Of a stretch of DNA of 32,000 bases, positions 1 through 9,403 are shown piece by piece; position 1 is the first letter of the stretch; every line of letters starts with the position of its first letter. The stretch is from NCBI GenBank assembly GCA_964510585.1, contig CAZECW010000058.1:1-32000 (forward strand), written 5' to 3'. A model generated the notes under the pieces. The model saw only the letters and a list, made by a program, of their open reading frames with translations, was not told where the DNA came from and searched no databases. Origin of the DNA: an uncultured archaeon (GTDB taxonomy: Archaea; Asgardarchaeota; Jordiarchaeia; Jordiarchaeales; Jordiarchaeaceae). Both the position numbers and the translations under genes were made by a program.

Positions 1-141
1 ATAAAAAACATAATTATTACATCATGCCCTCCCCCTCTCTTCTTTTTATCTGGAAATTGTATTTTTTACCACTTTTTCGTAACAGAGGAGACAGAAAATA
101 AGCACATCTCACAATGTCGAGGTATTGAAAGGCTTGAAACA

Positions 142-660
142 TCAAACTCCTCTTTTTAGTTTTTCCTTAGTTTTTTCAACAATTCGAGTCATTGAGCGCC
201 ACATGCGTCCACGCCAATAAACTTGGCCGCAGTTTGTGCAAATCCAAAAGGCATTATAGGAATCCAATGTATTAGCTGAAACCTTATTTTTTATCTCCTC
301 TTTATCCACACTCTGAATTAGACCATTACATTCTGGGCAACGGGAGTTCTCAGGGGAAATGCTCAAATTTAAACCAAAAAAACCCGCAACTTCGAAAAAT
401 TGTTCCTCAAAAGAATTTTTCTGAATAAGTTTAACTTTTAAACCATACGAAGTCGCTCTCTTAAAAAAGTCCACATCCCTAGTGAGGAGGTTCAAATCCT
501 CCCGAATACAAACTTCTAGAAGCTCATCATCCCTAATTTTGGGAGAATAAAAAGTATAATATCCAAGGAGACGAAGCCAACGTGCAAGACGCCCTAGCAT
601 AGCGTCACAAGCAAACCTTCTTTCCCCACCATAATTTTCCTCTCTGTAAACACTCGTCAA
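142..660 (-). CDS. Mut7-C RNase domain protein (PIN-like fold plus Zn ribbon)
   Basis: N-terminal FACDAMLGRLARWLRLLGY, LLTRD, and C-terminal RCPECNG...CTNCGQVYWRG motifs typical of Mut7-C; TTG start with GGAGG upstream. Confidence 0.88.
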   Translation of the reverse strand: MTSVYREENYGGERRFACDAMLGRLARWLRLLGYYTFYSPKIRDDELLEVCIREDLNLLTRDVDFFKRATSYGLKVKLIQKNSFEEQFFEVAGFFGLNLSISPENSRCPECNGLIQSVDKEEIKNKVSANTLDSYNAFWICTNCGQVYWRGRMWRSMTRIVEKTKEKLKRGV

Positions 661-738
661 GAGTTCCTCCCCACCCTAAAGGCTAAAAAATTTATGAAAA
701 GCAATTTAACAATTTGAGGGTTATGCTTTGGATGCTTC

Positions 739-1110
739 TCATCCTTCAAAGATTTCCTTTGCACCCTTCTTAACTATCTTCAAGTTTACTTGGGTTATAT
801 CCTCAGAAATCGTATCCCCTCTAACCATCTTCATTCTACGCTGACCCTTATAGGGCGGATGATAGCCTGGTTTGCTACCAATAAGAATCCTTTTTCTCAC
901 CGGACCGTGCACCCCTTTTCGCATGGGGAAACCATCTTTATCGCTTCCACCGGTGAGCAAAAATTCGTATCCACTAAAACCCAGAGGTCCACCATCAATC
1001 TTCTGACCAATACGAGCCCCTAACAAGGCACGAGACTTTGCTTCATCAACATCAACCTGTACCGTACGTCCCTTTTCTGGGTCGGAAATCACCAGTTTAA
1101 ATCCGGGCAT
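739..1110 (-). CDS. rps6e: 30S ribosomal protein S6e
   Basis: FKLVISDP...GGSDKDGFPM...RG.TI...ITQVNLKI signature; start moved from 1149 to the ATG at 1110 (MPGFK), which has GGAGGT upstream. Confidence 0.96.
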   Translation of the reverse strand: MPGFKLVISDPEKGRTVQVDVDEAKSRALLGARIGQKIDGGPLGFSGYEFLLTGGSDKDGFPMRKGVHGPVRKRILIGSKPGYHPPYKGQRRMKMVRGDTISEDITQVNLKIVKKGAKEIFEG

Positions 1111-1191
1111 GAGTAATAACCTCCGATGGATACCAAAAAATACTATCAATAACTGCTTTTAAACTATTCGTATTTCTTTTCGTAGCTGAAT

Positions 1192-2976
1192 CTAACTTTC
1201 TTTCAGAAGGTCTAATAGTTTCCTGCTTTTGAACTCCTTTATTTCATTTAAAACCTCCAATTCATCAGGACTAAGCTCCTCCCCCAGTTCACGAGAGAGT
1301 CTATCTAGTTGAGTCTCTGGAATGTCCGAGTACAAAATATCCCCTTCGCGAATCTGGCGCCCCACCGTTGGTCCCCTAATACTGATAGCCACGCTTGAAC
1401 CTCTATGCGCAACCTGTCTCACTTCCCCCTCATCCTGAATTTGCATAATTTCGCCCACTCGCCGATTGTCCTTATTAACAAGCCTAGCCTTGGGAACCAT
1501 TGAACCCGCCAAAACTTCCACTCCCACAACTGCAGGCTTGCTCCTTCTAAAAACATAACCTGGCAAAATCCTAATCTTAAATGGACGCGCAAGTCCTGCC
1601 AAAGCTTGGCGCCGCTGCTCCTCCTTCTTTTCAGCGACCCACTTATCATAATCATCAAATAAACCATAAATTACATCACTACGAAAAATAGGAATACCAT
1701 TAATCTCTGCCTCCTCTTCAGCGTCCGGTAAAACACGTACACCAAACGCTAAAACCACAGCGTATAATGGCTCCCTCTCAGCAACCACCGCGGCCTCAAT
1801 TACATCCCTCTTACTCACATCACCTACATCCGCCAAACGCACCGGGACTCCCCGCTCACTAAAATAACTCATCAACGCCTCTAGACTGCCCAAGGTATCC
1901 GCCTTGAGAACCACCCCACTCTTACTAGTTTCAATACGCACTGATTCCACCTCAGCTTGAACCTCTCTTATTACCTGGTCAAGCTGAGACGAATCCTCCA
2001 CAGCGCGTAGAGGGGCGCCCGCGACAGCTTTCTCCAAACCCGGCGCAACGATTTTCACACCCGCAGCAGCCACCACCTCATCAACACTATCAAAACGCTG
2101 ACGTGGATCACGCATTTCATCCAAAGGTTTAGGCAACAACAAAGCACGAATATGAGTGTCAATCGCCTTCCCCAGTCCACCTACAACTATCAAATCATCC
2201 CTGTGCAAAATACCATCATAAATTATGGCATCTATGGTGTGGCCCAGTCCCGGCTCCTCTTTCACCTCCAAAACCACTCCCTTGGCTGCTCCTTCACTGA
2301 ACTGTAACCGCTGGCTTAAATACTGCTGAGCCAAACCTGCTAATACAACCAGTAGCTCAGCTATTCCCTCCCCAGTCACGGCACTTGTAGGAATTATAGC
2401 AATATTGCGAGTGAAGTCCCGCACTCTGTCAAAACGATCTCCAGAGAAACCCAAACGTGACAAGTCGCCCATAATCTCATATATCCGTTCATCCAAAAAA
2501 CGCAACACAAAATCCTGTTGGACACTCAAACTTTTGAGAATAGAGAGAGAACCAGAGGGAGACCAGCCATTAATCCTATCAACCTTGTTAGCAGCAATCA
2601 AAAAGGGTGTTTTACGAGTCCTTAAAATATCCACACACTCATAGGTCTGCGCCTGAAAACCATTCAAAATATCGACAACAAGAATGGCAAAATCTGCAAC
2701 CGCACCACCACGCTTCCTAAGATTAAAAAACGAACTATGCCCAGGCGTATCGATAACTAGGATACCGGGTATGGTTAATTTCACTTTATAAGACTCAAGT
2801 AGTTTACCGCCAATAGCATTTATGGTCTCTGTGTCAAGCATACTGGCCCCTATATGCTGCGTTATGCCTTTCGCTTCTCTCTTTTGCACCGCGGTTCCTC
2901 TAATTTTGTCTAATATGCTGGTTTTTCCACTGTCTATATGACCTAGCACCACGCAAATAGGCTGTCTCATAGGCAT
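1192..2976 (-). CDS. infB: Translation initiation factor IF-2 / aIF5B
   Basis: MRQPI..VLGH.DSGKT, GITQHIGA, DTPGH..F, NKVD GTPase motifs; KADTLGSLEAL; start set at ATG 2976 using the GAGGGG SD (2982 is an alternative); the ORF-track extension to 3195 is not homologous. Confidence 0.96.
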   Translation of the reverse strand: MPMRQPICVVLGHIDSGKTSILDKIRGTAVQKREAKGITQHIGASMLDTETINAIGGKLLESYKVKLTIPGILVIDTPGHSSFFNLRKRGGAVADFAILVVDILNGFQAQTYECVDILRTRKTPFLIAANKVDRINGWSPSGSLSILKSLSVQQDFVLRFLDERIYEIMGDLSRLGFSGDRFDRVRDFTRNIAIIPTSAVTGEGIAELLVVLAGLAQQYLSQRLQFSEGAAKGVVLEVKEEPGLGHTIDAIIYDGILHRDDLIVVGGLGKAIDTHIRALLLPKPLDEMRDPRQRFDSVDEVVAAAGVKIVAPGLEKAVAGAPLRAVEDSSQLDQVIREVQAEVESVRIETSKSGVVLKADTLGSLEALMSYFSERGVPVRLADVGDVSKRDVIEAAVVAEREPLYAVVLAFGVRVLPDAEEEAEINGIPIFRSDVIYGLFDDYDKWVAEKKEEQRRQALAGLARPFKIRILPGYVFRRSKPAVVGVEVLAGSMVPKARLVNKDNRRVGEIMQIQDEGEVRQVAHRGSSVAISIRGPTVGRQIREGDILYSDIPETQLDRLSRELGEELSPDELEVLNEIKEFKSRKLLDLLKES

Positions 2977-3554
2977 TTTCATATCCCCTCTAACTTTAAA
3001 TACACAATACCACATCTGCGTTTTCAATTTTTCGATAAACCACCCACTACAAAAACATGCAACAACGGCTCCCTGACAAGCCAACCTGAAAAATAGCAAA
3101 TTCCTACCACTCAAGCACCCGATTCCCACACCAAAAGATACATCATAAACCAGGCAATGGGCAAACCCCCCTACAGGTAAACACTCAACCCACAATTTTA
3201 GTTCAAAGATTCAAAACTATGCTTACCCCTCTAATTACTCACCAAAACAGTACCATCAACAACTTGCTTCATAATTCACAATAACTAGATACTTTTAAAT
3301 ACAACAACTTTTAGGAGTGGCATAGGGAAGAAACCACAACAAATAATCGAAATTTAGGATAATAAACAAAAAAGTGTTTTCTCAGAATTGTAAAAAATTT
3401 AAAAACAACCTGATCAAAATTAGATGCATAAACCCATAATAAGTACAGCGACGTAAATCTTCCCCAAGTGCATAAGCCTAACATTTAATAAAAAACAGTA
3501 ATAAATAGTACAGCTCATCTTTCATTCATCTATTGAAGAGAGGAGGTGAATAAT

Positions 3555-5039
3555 TTGAGCACAAAAAACATACCGCTCAAACAAATCAGCAAAAACATTT
3601 GGGAAATACCCAAAGATTTCCGCCCCTACATGAGGGTGCCCGCAAGAATCATCGCAAACGACTACCTCATGAAAGACATACACAAAGACCAAACCCTAAT
3701 CCAAGCGGCAAACGTAACCAGCCTACCTGGAATAAAAAAATTCTCCGTAACCTTGCCCGACACATGAAGAGAATCACCTCACCTGCGGGAAGCACACCAG
3801 GGCTACGGATTCCCAATAGGCGGAGTAGCCGCAACCGACTATGAAGAAGGAGTCCTAAGTCCAGGAGGCGTAGGATACGACATCAACTGCGGTGTTAGAA
3901 TAATCACAACCAACCTCGAAAGAAAAGACGTCGAAGAAAAAATAAAAATCCTAACACAAGAAATCTTCGACAACGTTCCCAGTGGCCTAGGCTCCAAAAG
4001 AAAAATTAAACTCTCAATGGGAGAACTAGACGGTATACTAGCCGAAGGCGTCAAATGGTCCATCGAAAAGGGATTCGGCTGGGAAGAAGACGCCCTATAC
4101 TGCGAAGCAAACGGAAGCCTAAAAGAAGCCGACCCCACAAAAGTATCAACCAAAGCAAAAGAAAGAGGCGTCGCACAAGTAGGCACACTAGGAGCCGGCA
4201 ACCACTTCCTCGAAATCCAATACGTCGAAAAAATCTTCGACCAAGAAGCAGCCAAAATCTACGGACTAAGAGAAAACCAAGCCACAGTCATGATACACAC
4301 AGGTTCAAGAGGACTAGGACACCAAGTATGCTCCGACTACCTAAGAGTAATGGAAAGAGCCACAAAAAAGTATGGAATCGAACTACCAGACAGAGAACTA
4401 GCAGCAGCACCCGGAAAAAGCCCCGAAGGCCAAGACTACCTAGCAGCCATGGCCGCAGCAGCCAACTTCGCCTGGGCCAACAGACAAAGCATAACCCACT
4501 GGGTAAGAGAATCCTTCCAAAAAGTATTCGGAATGTCAGCAGAAGACCTCGAAATGCACCTAATCTACGACGTAGCACACAATATAGCCAAAATCGAAAA
4601 ACACAAAGTCAACGGCGAAACCAGCACAGTCTACGTACACAGAAAAGGCGCCACACGCGCATTCCCCCCAGAACACCCCGAACTACCACAAAAATACAGA
4701 ACCATAGGACAACCAGTCATCATACCCGGAACAATGGGAACCGCCAGCTACATCCTCAGAGGACGAAAAGAAGCCATGGAACTCAGCTTCGGGTCAACCG
4801 CTCACGGAGCCGGGAGGGTGATGAGTAGGAATGAGGCGATTAGGAGTTTTAGGGGTGAGAGTGTGAAGGGTAAGCTTTTGTCTGTGGGTATTCTTGTTAG
4901 GGCTGCGAGTATTGAGGTTGTGGCTGAGGAGGCTCCTGAGGCTTACAAGAACGTTGATGAGGTGGCTAGGGCGTCGCATGATGCGGGTATTGCTTCTCTG
5001 GTTGCGCGTCTGCGTCCCTTGGGTGTCGTGAAGGGCTAA
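3555..5039 (+). CDS. rtcB: RNA-splicing ligase RtcB, two exons (3555-3761 and 3792-5039), about 484 aa after removal of a 30-nt intron
   Basis: Both parts are in the same frame; the joined sequence gives LPD|[67 protein letters not shown]; TTG start 3555 with GGAGGTGA SD at 3542-3549; 3792-4016 is open although missing from the ORF track. Confidence 0.95.
3762..3791 (+). other. Putative BHB-type pre-mRNA intron (30 nt, in-frame TGA at 3765-3767)
   Basis: Central 4-bp helix CCCG(3756-3759)/CGGG(3786-3789); 3-nt bulges AC|A (3760-3762) and AA|G (3790-3792); flanking pairs CA/UG on the intron side and UG/CA plus UCCGUA(3744-3749)/UACGGA(3804-3809) on the exon side; cutting after the 2nd bulge nt restores the conserved protein motif. 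Confidence 0.85.
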
Positions 5040-5433
5040 CATTGACGTGTGGACTTGGTTAATTGGATTGGGTTTATCGTTTATGTATGTTTCTTCACTT
5101 CTGCTACCTTGGAAAACGTGTTGTCCATTTATGAGAGGCGTTTTTTCATTTTTTTTAAAATAAGCGGCGTGGAGGAGGTTTTCTATAGAGGGTGTCTTTT
5201 GGAGTCTGTCTGAGGTGTTTTAACAAATTCTTTTTAATGGTTTTTTTGTAAAATGAGAGTTGCAATCGGGTTTAGGGAAACAATTTCTTCTTTTGGGTTA
5301 CGGATTTCTTTTTGCATGGAGTAGTAACTTGTTTTTTCTTTGAGTGATGTTTTGGTTTATAAATAAAAGGGTGGTTGAGGGGTAAAGGTTTTCTTGGGTT
5401 TTTATTTTTCTTTTGGGTCTTTATTCTTGTTTT

Positions 5434-5919
5434 TTACTTGAATTCTTCTTTTACGTTGCCTCTTAGGTATAGTATAAAGAATATTGCTATTATTGCTATG
5501 AATACGCTGCCTACGATGTAGATTATTGGGAAGCCTAGTAGGTATCCAATTGCGGGGGTTATTATTAGGAATAGGGAGCTTATGAGGGTGAGGTAGTACC
5601 CCCATTTTTTCCTGTAGGCGAATCCAAATGCTGAAACGATTAGTATGATTGCTATTATTATGCAGGCGGTGAATAGTAGAAGATAGTTGCTTGCATTTAG
5701 TTGTATTGAAAGTAGGTTGGGGATATATAGCATCCATATGAATACGTTCAGAAGCTCAGGTGTTGTCGGTGGGATTCGTGAAAGAAGGTTGCTCATTGAT
5801 GGTCCGGCGGATAGTGGTTTAAGGAAGAAAAGGTATCCTAGAAGTAATATGGCTATGGCTGATAGTATAAAAATTATGGATATCAAATTTGCTAGTTTTG
5901 GCGGTTGGGTTTCGGACAT
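5434..5919 (-). CDS. Hypothetical integral membrane protein (about 4 hydrophobic segments)
   Basis: 161-aa ORF with long hydrophobic stretches; ATG with GGAGGT upstream. Confidence 0.7.
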   Translation of the reverse strand: MSETQPPKLANLISIIFILSAIAILLLGYLFFLKPLSAGPSMSNLLSRIPPTTPELLNVFIWMLYIPNLLSIQLNASNYLLLFTACIIIAIILIVSAFGFAYRKKWGYYLTLISSLFLIITPAIGYLLGFPIIYIVGSVFIAIIAIFFILYLRGNVKEEFK

Positions 5920-6019
5920 TTCGTTACCTCCGTTAGATTCAATTAGGAAACCTAAACTTACTTAAATTTTTCTTTCTTTATGTGTTGTTTTATGATTTAT
6001 CTTTTATGTTTTTGTTTGT

Positions 6020-7434
6020 GGCACAGTTAACCAGGCGTTACCTATTGTGAGTAATCTTTACTTACGCTTCTTCTATTATAACTATGGTAATCTGTTTGTA
6101 TTACCTTCAGCTCGTAAAGAAAGCCCAGGAGGACACGGATAACGCAAAGATCATGCAGGAGCTTAAGACGTACTCAGGCGTACTCCCCTGCCCAAAATGT
6201 GGCTCCCCATCACGTAGAAGCGGCAAAAGAAAATATAAGGGCGGCTAAGACATAACAGTTCCAATGCAAGAACTGCAGCCTCCGCTACACCATCCTAACC
6301 ATCCTCCACTAGGAAGAACGCAAAAGATACCCACTCTCCCCCGCTGCAGCACAAACATCCATGTGATAGGGAAGTGCCTAAGCGAGGAAGGAAAGCAAAG
6401 GTTCCTCTGCAAAGGCTGCGGACACTTTTTCAAAAAAAGTTTGAGGGTATAAAAACCAGCCACGAGAAGATCTGCAAAGCCCCCAAAGAATACACCCTAA
6501 GAGGCGTCTCCTACTAGGACTCGGCCTTGCGACCTAGGCCTAACCGCTCCCGGACTCTGGAAAATATTCCAGAAGCTCGCTGAAAAGACCCCCGGACCTA
6601 TTCACAGTCTTCAACCCCCGCCTCCCACCAATCCTAACAGTTGACAAACACAAGGTAAAACTCAACGGAGTTTGGGATACTACTGGAGCACCCAGGACCT
6701 GGAGACCCGCATAGAGGTGAACTGGCCTTAAGCTGGGTTAGAAACGACCTGACAGCAAGGAACCTGGTTGAAAATGCACTGGCCAGGAACCCCTAAATCA
6801 AGGTCGTGATAAGCGACAGCCTCCCCCAACTATGACGCAGCCCTCCAACCTACAGGAAAACATGTGACAAAAATATATTATAAAAAGAAGCCAAAAGGGA
6901 GCAAAAATCCCTCAATAAGTTGTGGAGATCACAGTAGTCATATCCCATGAGGGGGAGGTAGCCTAAGTATACCGCGGCCTGGGGAAAACAATCCTAGTGG
7001 AGGAGGTGGGCGTCATAAAGGCTGAGGAACCAGCCCACCTCATACAAAGATACGCCGCCGGCGGTCTGCGTCTAAAATAGGCCTCGCATCATACTCTTCA
7101 ACCAGCTCGTCTAGTCCCTCACATCCCTAGTGATACGTGATGAGATCTACCACATTAAGTGTGGCAAGGAATATTTAAAAGCCTATATTGGGTGCCGCTT
7201 CAATTACCTGAAGAGGAGGCTTGTGCTGGTTTGACCGTAACTTCCGCAGCCTTGAATGGACTTAAGAATACCTTCAAGCTTCTCTCCATAGGCTACAACC
7301 TCCTCAAAGTTGCATCGGACACTGGGCCGCACCAATTCGAAGCTGGTGGCGTAAAAAAGCTCGACTACTACGAGGTATGGGATGAGCTAACCAAGCATAG
7401 TGCTCACAATAGGTAACGCTAGGTTAATTGTGCC
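6020..7434 (+). mobile_element. Decayed IS6-family-like insertion sequence, 1415 bp
   Basis: 32-bp terminal inverted repeats 6020-6051 (GGCACAGTTAACCAGGCGTTACCTATTGTGAG) and 7403-7434, 29/32 identical; the GGCAC start resembles IS26 ends; imperfect 8-bp flanks TTGTTTGT / CCGTTTGT. Confidence 0.8.
6105..7416 (+). pseudogene. Fragmented DDE transposase with N-terminal Zn ribbons; start approximate
   Basis: Remnants in shifting frames: CPKCGS, RFLCKGCGHFF, LTVDKHKVKLNG, YYWSTQDLETR, VVISDSLP, and C-terminal IGYNLLK; multiple stops and frameshifts. Confidence 0.72.
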
Positions 7435-7755
7435 CCGTTTGTAGCTAAAATTCTCAAAATAGGTAAATTGTTTAAGGTGTAACCATATTATTAAATGGAT
7501 TTAAAAAATTGTGGCGCTCTGCTTCCAGCGGGAGAGCGTATTTTGCCATGTTTTGAGAAATGCTGGTGGAGTTGAGTGTGTTTGCAATAATTTTTGTCTT
7601 AAAATAGTTTATTTGGATCATTAATCTCTGTTTTAAGGAAATGTTGCTGTGACATTTTGGGTCGGTGTCTTTCCCTTTAAAATCTTTGCGTAGGAGAGGG
7701 GATAATGGATGAGAGGTGGCGGAAGTAGAGTTTCCCCAAAATCGGGCTAACACCT

Positions 7756-8880
7756 TTGAGAATCTTGCTTAAGTGTCGGTTAAAAATACTAGGGAACATT
7801 ATGACCTTATTAATGAAGGACGCGGTGTCTCTTATTTACTGCAGAAAATTTTTATGCATAAAGAAGGAACAAATTTTCAGGGGGTTTTCTTATTTGGAGA
7901 GTAAGAAGTTGAAAAAATTGTTTAAATTGGTTAGTGTTTCTAATATTTCTCTACCCATAGCTAGGAACTTGAGGGTTGCACCTTATGTTAAGCTTAGGGT
8001 TGGTAAAATAACTAAGGCTGTTAATCTTAACTTTAACCTTGAGCTCGCTTCGCAGAAAGATGTTTTTCAAAGTGTTAAATATGTTCAGAGCGTTTCAAGT
8101 GAAGGAACTTATATTATTCCTCTACCTTTGGATATTAAAAAAATTCCCTCCGAAGCTAAGGAGGTTAATTTAACAATAGAATTGCAAGTGGGTAGAACTG
8201 TGATAGCAAAGAAAAAAATCTCCTTGCCCGTTTCGGATACCAAGAACCAGCTTGTAATGTCGCCTCCTTATGTTAGGGGAAATCGCATTATTGCGGGAGA
8301 GAGGCAGGATTGTTTTTGTGATTTGAAAAACACATCGGATTTACCCATTTCGATGTACTTTGAGATTCTATTAATATCCTTGGGAGGGGAGGAGATTAGA
8401 GTGTTTGGCGAACCTAGAAATGTTCCTCCTGGGAGACCAGACCAGATTCAAGCCAGGTGCGTGGCTCCTATTGATCTTCTGGGGGAGTGCTTCATAGTAG
8501 CCCGAGTTAAGTTCAAACAGGGAGAACAGGGGCTTGAGCAATGTACGGTTCGAAAAACAACGGTTCAATTATCTCGTGAACCAGTTATGGAAATTAAAAT
8601 AAGTGACTCCCCACAAATTCCTACCGCAGTTGAGGGAGGAAAAAAGGTAAATTTTAACGTTAAAGTATTACAAAATATTGAGAAGACTAAACTAAGATTT
8701 GATGTGCTGGTAACTATTGACACTCTCCGCGACTTGAAGTCGGGAGATTCTTGCTTCTGGCTCATCGGGAGCCTTCGAAGCAATGGGTGTGCCATCACCC
8801 AGTTAACACGCCCTTCCCTCAAAGGGAACGGCGTCTATGTTGGCACCCTCATGGGGGCTGCGTCTTGTTTAGCCTCTTAA
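7756..8880 (+). CDS. Hypothetical beta-rich protein; start uncertain; the last ~54 codons come from an inserted mini-element
   Basis: 374-aa ORF with no recognisable motif; codons after 8716 lie within the IS200/IS605-derived element. Confidence 0.6.
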   Translation: MRILLKCRLKILGNIMTLLMKDAVSLIYCRKFLCIKKEQIFRGFSYLESKKLKKLFKLVSVSNISLPIARNLRVAPYVKLRVGKITKAVNLNFNLELASQKDVFQSVKYVQSVSSEGTYIIPLPLDIKKIPSEAKEVNLTIELQVGRTVIAKKKISLPVSDTKNQLVMSPPYVRGNRIIAGERQDCFCDLKNTSDLPISMYFEILLISLGGEEIRVFGEPRNVPPGRPDQIQARCVAPIDLLGECFIVARVKFKQGEQGLEQCTVRKTTVQLSREPVMEIKISDSPQIPTAVEGGKKVNFNVKVLQNIEKTKLRFDVLVTIDTLRDLKSGDSCFWLIGSLRSNGCAITQLTRPSLKGNGVYVGTLMGAASCLAS

Positions 8881-8995
8881 GCCCAAGCCAAACCCTTCAG
8901 CTACCAACAACTATTAGTATACCCTACTTTCAAATAAACTTTTTTGGCGATTCATCCCCACGACTAGAAGTCGGGGGCTTTCTCGCCAAGGTTTT
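8717..8995 (-). mobile_element. Non-autonomous IS200/IS605-family mini-element (copy 1, 279 bp)
   Basis: On the - strand: TTAC target immediately 5'; AAAG before the left hairpin CCCCCGACTTCTAGTCGTGGGG; GAAT before the right hairpin CTCCCGACTTCAAGTCGCGGAG; ends in TCAA; internal segment GTTAACTGGGTGATGGCACACCC shared with copy 2. Confidence 0.85.
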
Positions 8996-9016
8996 GTAAG
9001 AACAGATTTTCATTTT

Positions 9017-9403
9017 TTAGATTTTGTAACCTTTTGGAATAATAATACTCACTTCGATGACCTTGGAGTACCTTACAATGTCCTGCAAAAGATCTACAAG
9101 ATTCTCGGAAACATCAATGGAACCCATCACTCCCACAATTCTTACCCCCACTATGTAAGTCTCCATAAGAAACACAACCTTCCCTCTCTGGTCGCTTAGG
9201 GAAATTATAATAAAGGTGTTCGTGTATCTTCCCTTACCCTCTGGACCCACAACAAACAAGTCTCTTTCAATCACCCTCCCTTTTTCAGCCAAGTCACGCA
9301 AAAATTCCGGCCTGAGAACCTGTCTTCCCGTAACTCGACGGGTATCCATAAATTCGTATGGGGCGGCCTCCGGAGAATCCATTCTTACCTTCCAATAAGA
9401 CAT
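9017..9403 (-). CDS. Hypothetical protein, paralog of 10494-10895
   Basis: ATG 9403 (MSYWKVR) with GGGGGTG SD; shares DTRRxTG, LRPxFL, PEGK and GVRxVG motifs with the second copy. Confidence 0.8.
   Translation of the reverse strand: MSYWKVRMDSPEAAPYEFMDTRRVTGRQVLRPEFLRDLAEKGRVIERDLFVVGPEGKGRYTNTFIIISLSDQRGKVVFLMETYIVGVRIVGVMGSIDVSENLVDLLQDIVRYSKVIEVSIIIPKGYKI

Noticed and set aside
2977-3195. N-terminal extension of infB in the ORF track (also rps6e 1111-1149 and fwdA 28006-28038)
   Set aside because: Non-homologous sequence; SD motifs point to downstream starts
3000-3540. Archease or another small gene upstream of rtcB
   Set aside because: No supporting ORF; AT/AC-rich divergent promoter region
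3762-3791. Selenocysteine or stop read-through at the rtcB TGA
   Set aside because: Read-through would insert 10 residues into the conserved PD-x-H active-site motif; the BHB geometry explains the insertion exactly; no SECIS was recognised
3762-3791. Excised intron as a C/D-box guide RNA (AUGAAGA is C-box-like)
   Set aside because: No CUGA D box and too short
3546-5039. rtcB as a simple pseudogene or as two separate genes (73 aa plus 340 aa)
   Set aside because: All catalytic motifs are intact, the parts are in frame, 3792-4016 is open and conserved, and there is only one lesion
1192-5039. Inteins in infB or rtcB, which are known intein hosts
   Set aside because: Both proteins have normal lengths and no intein motifs
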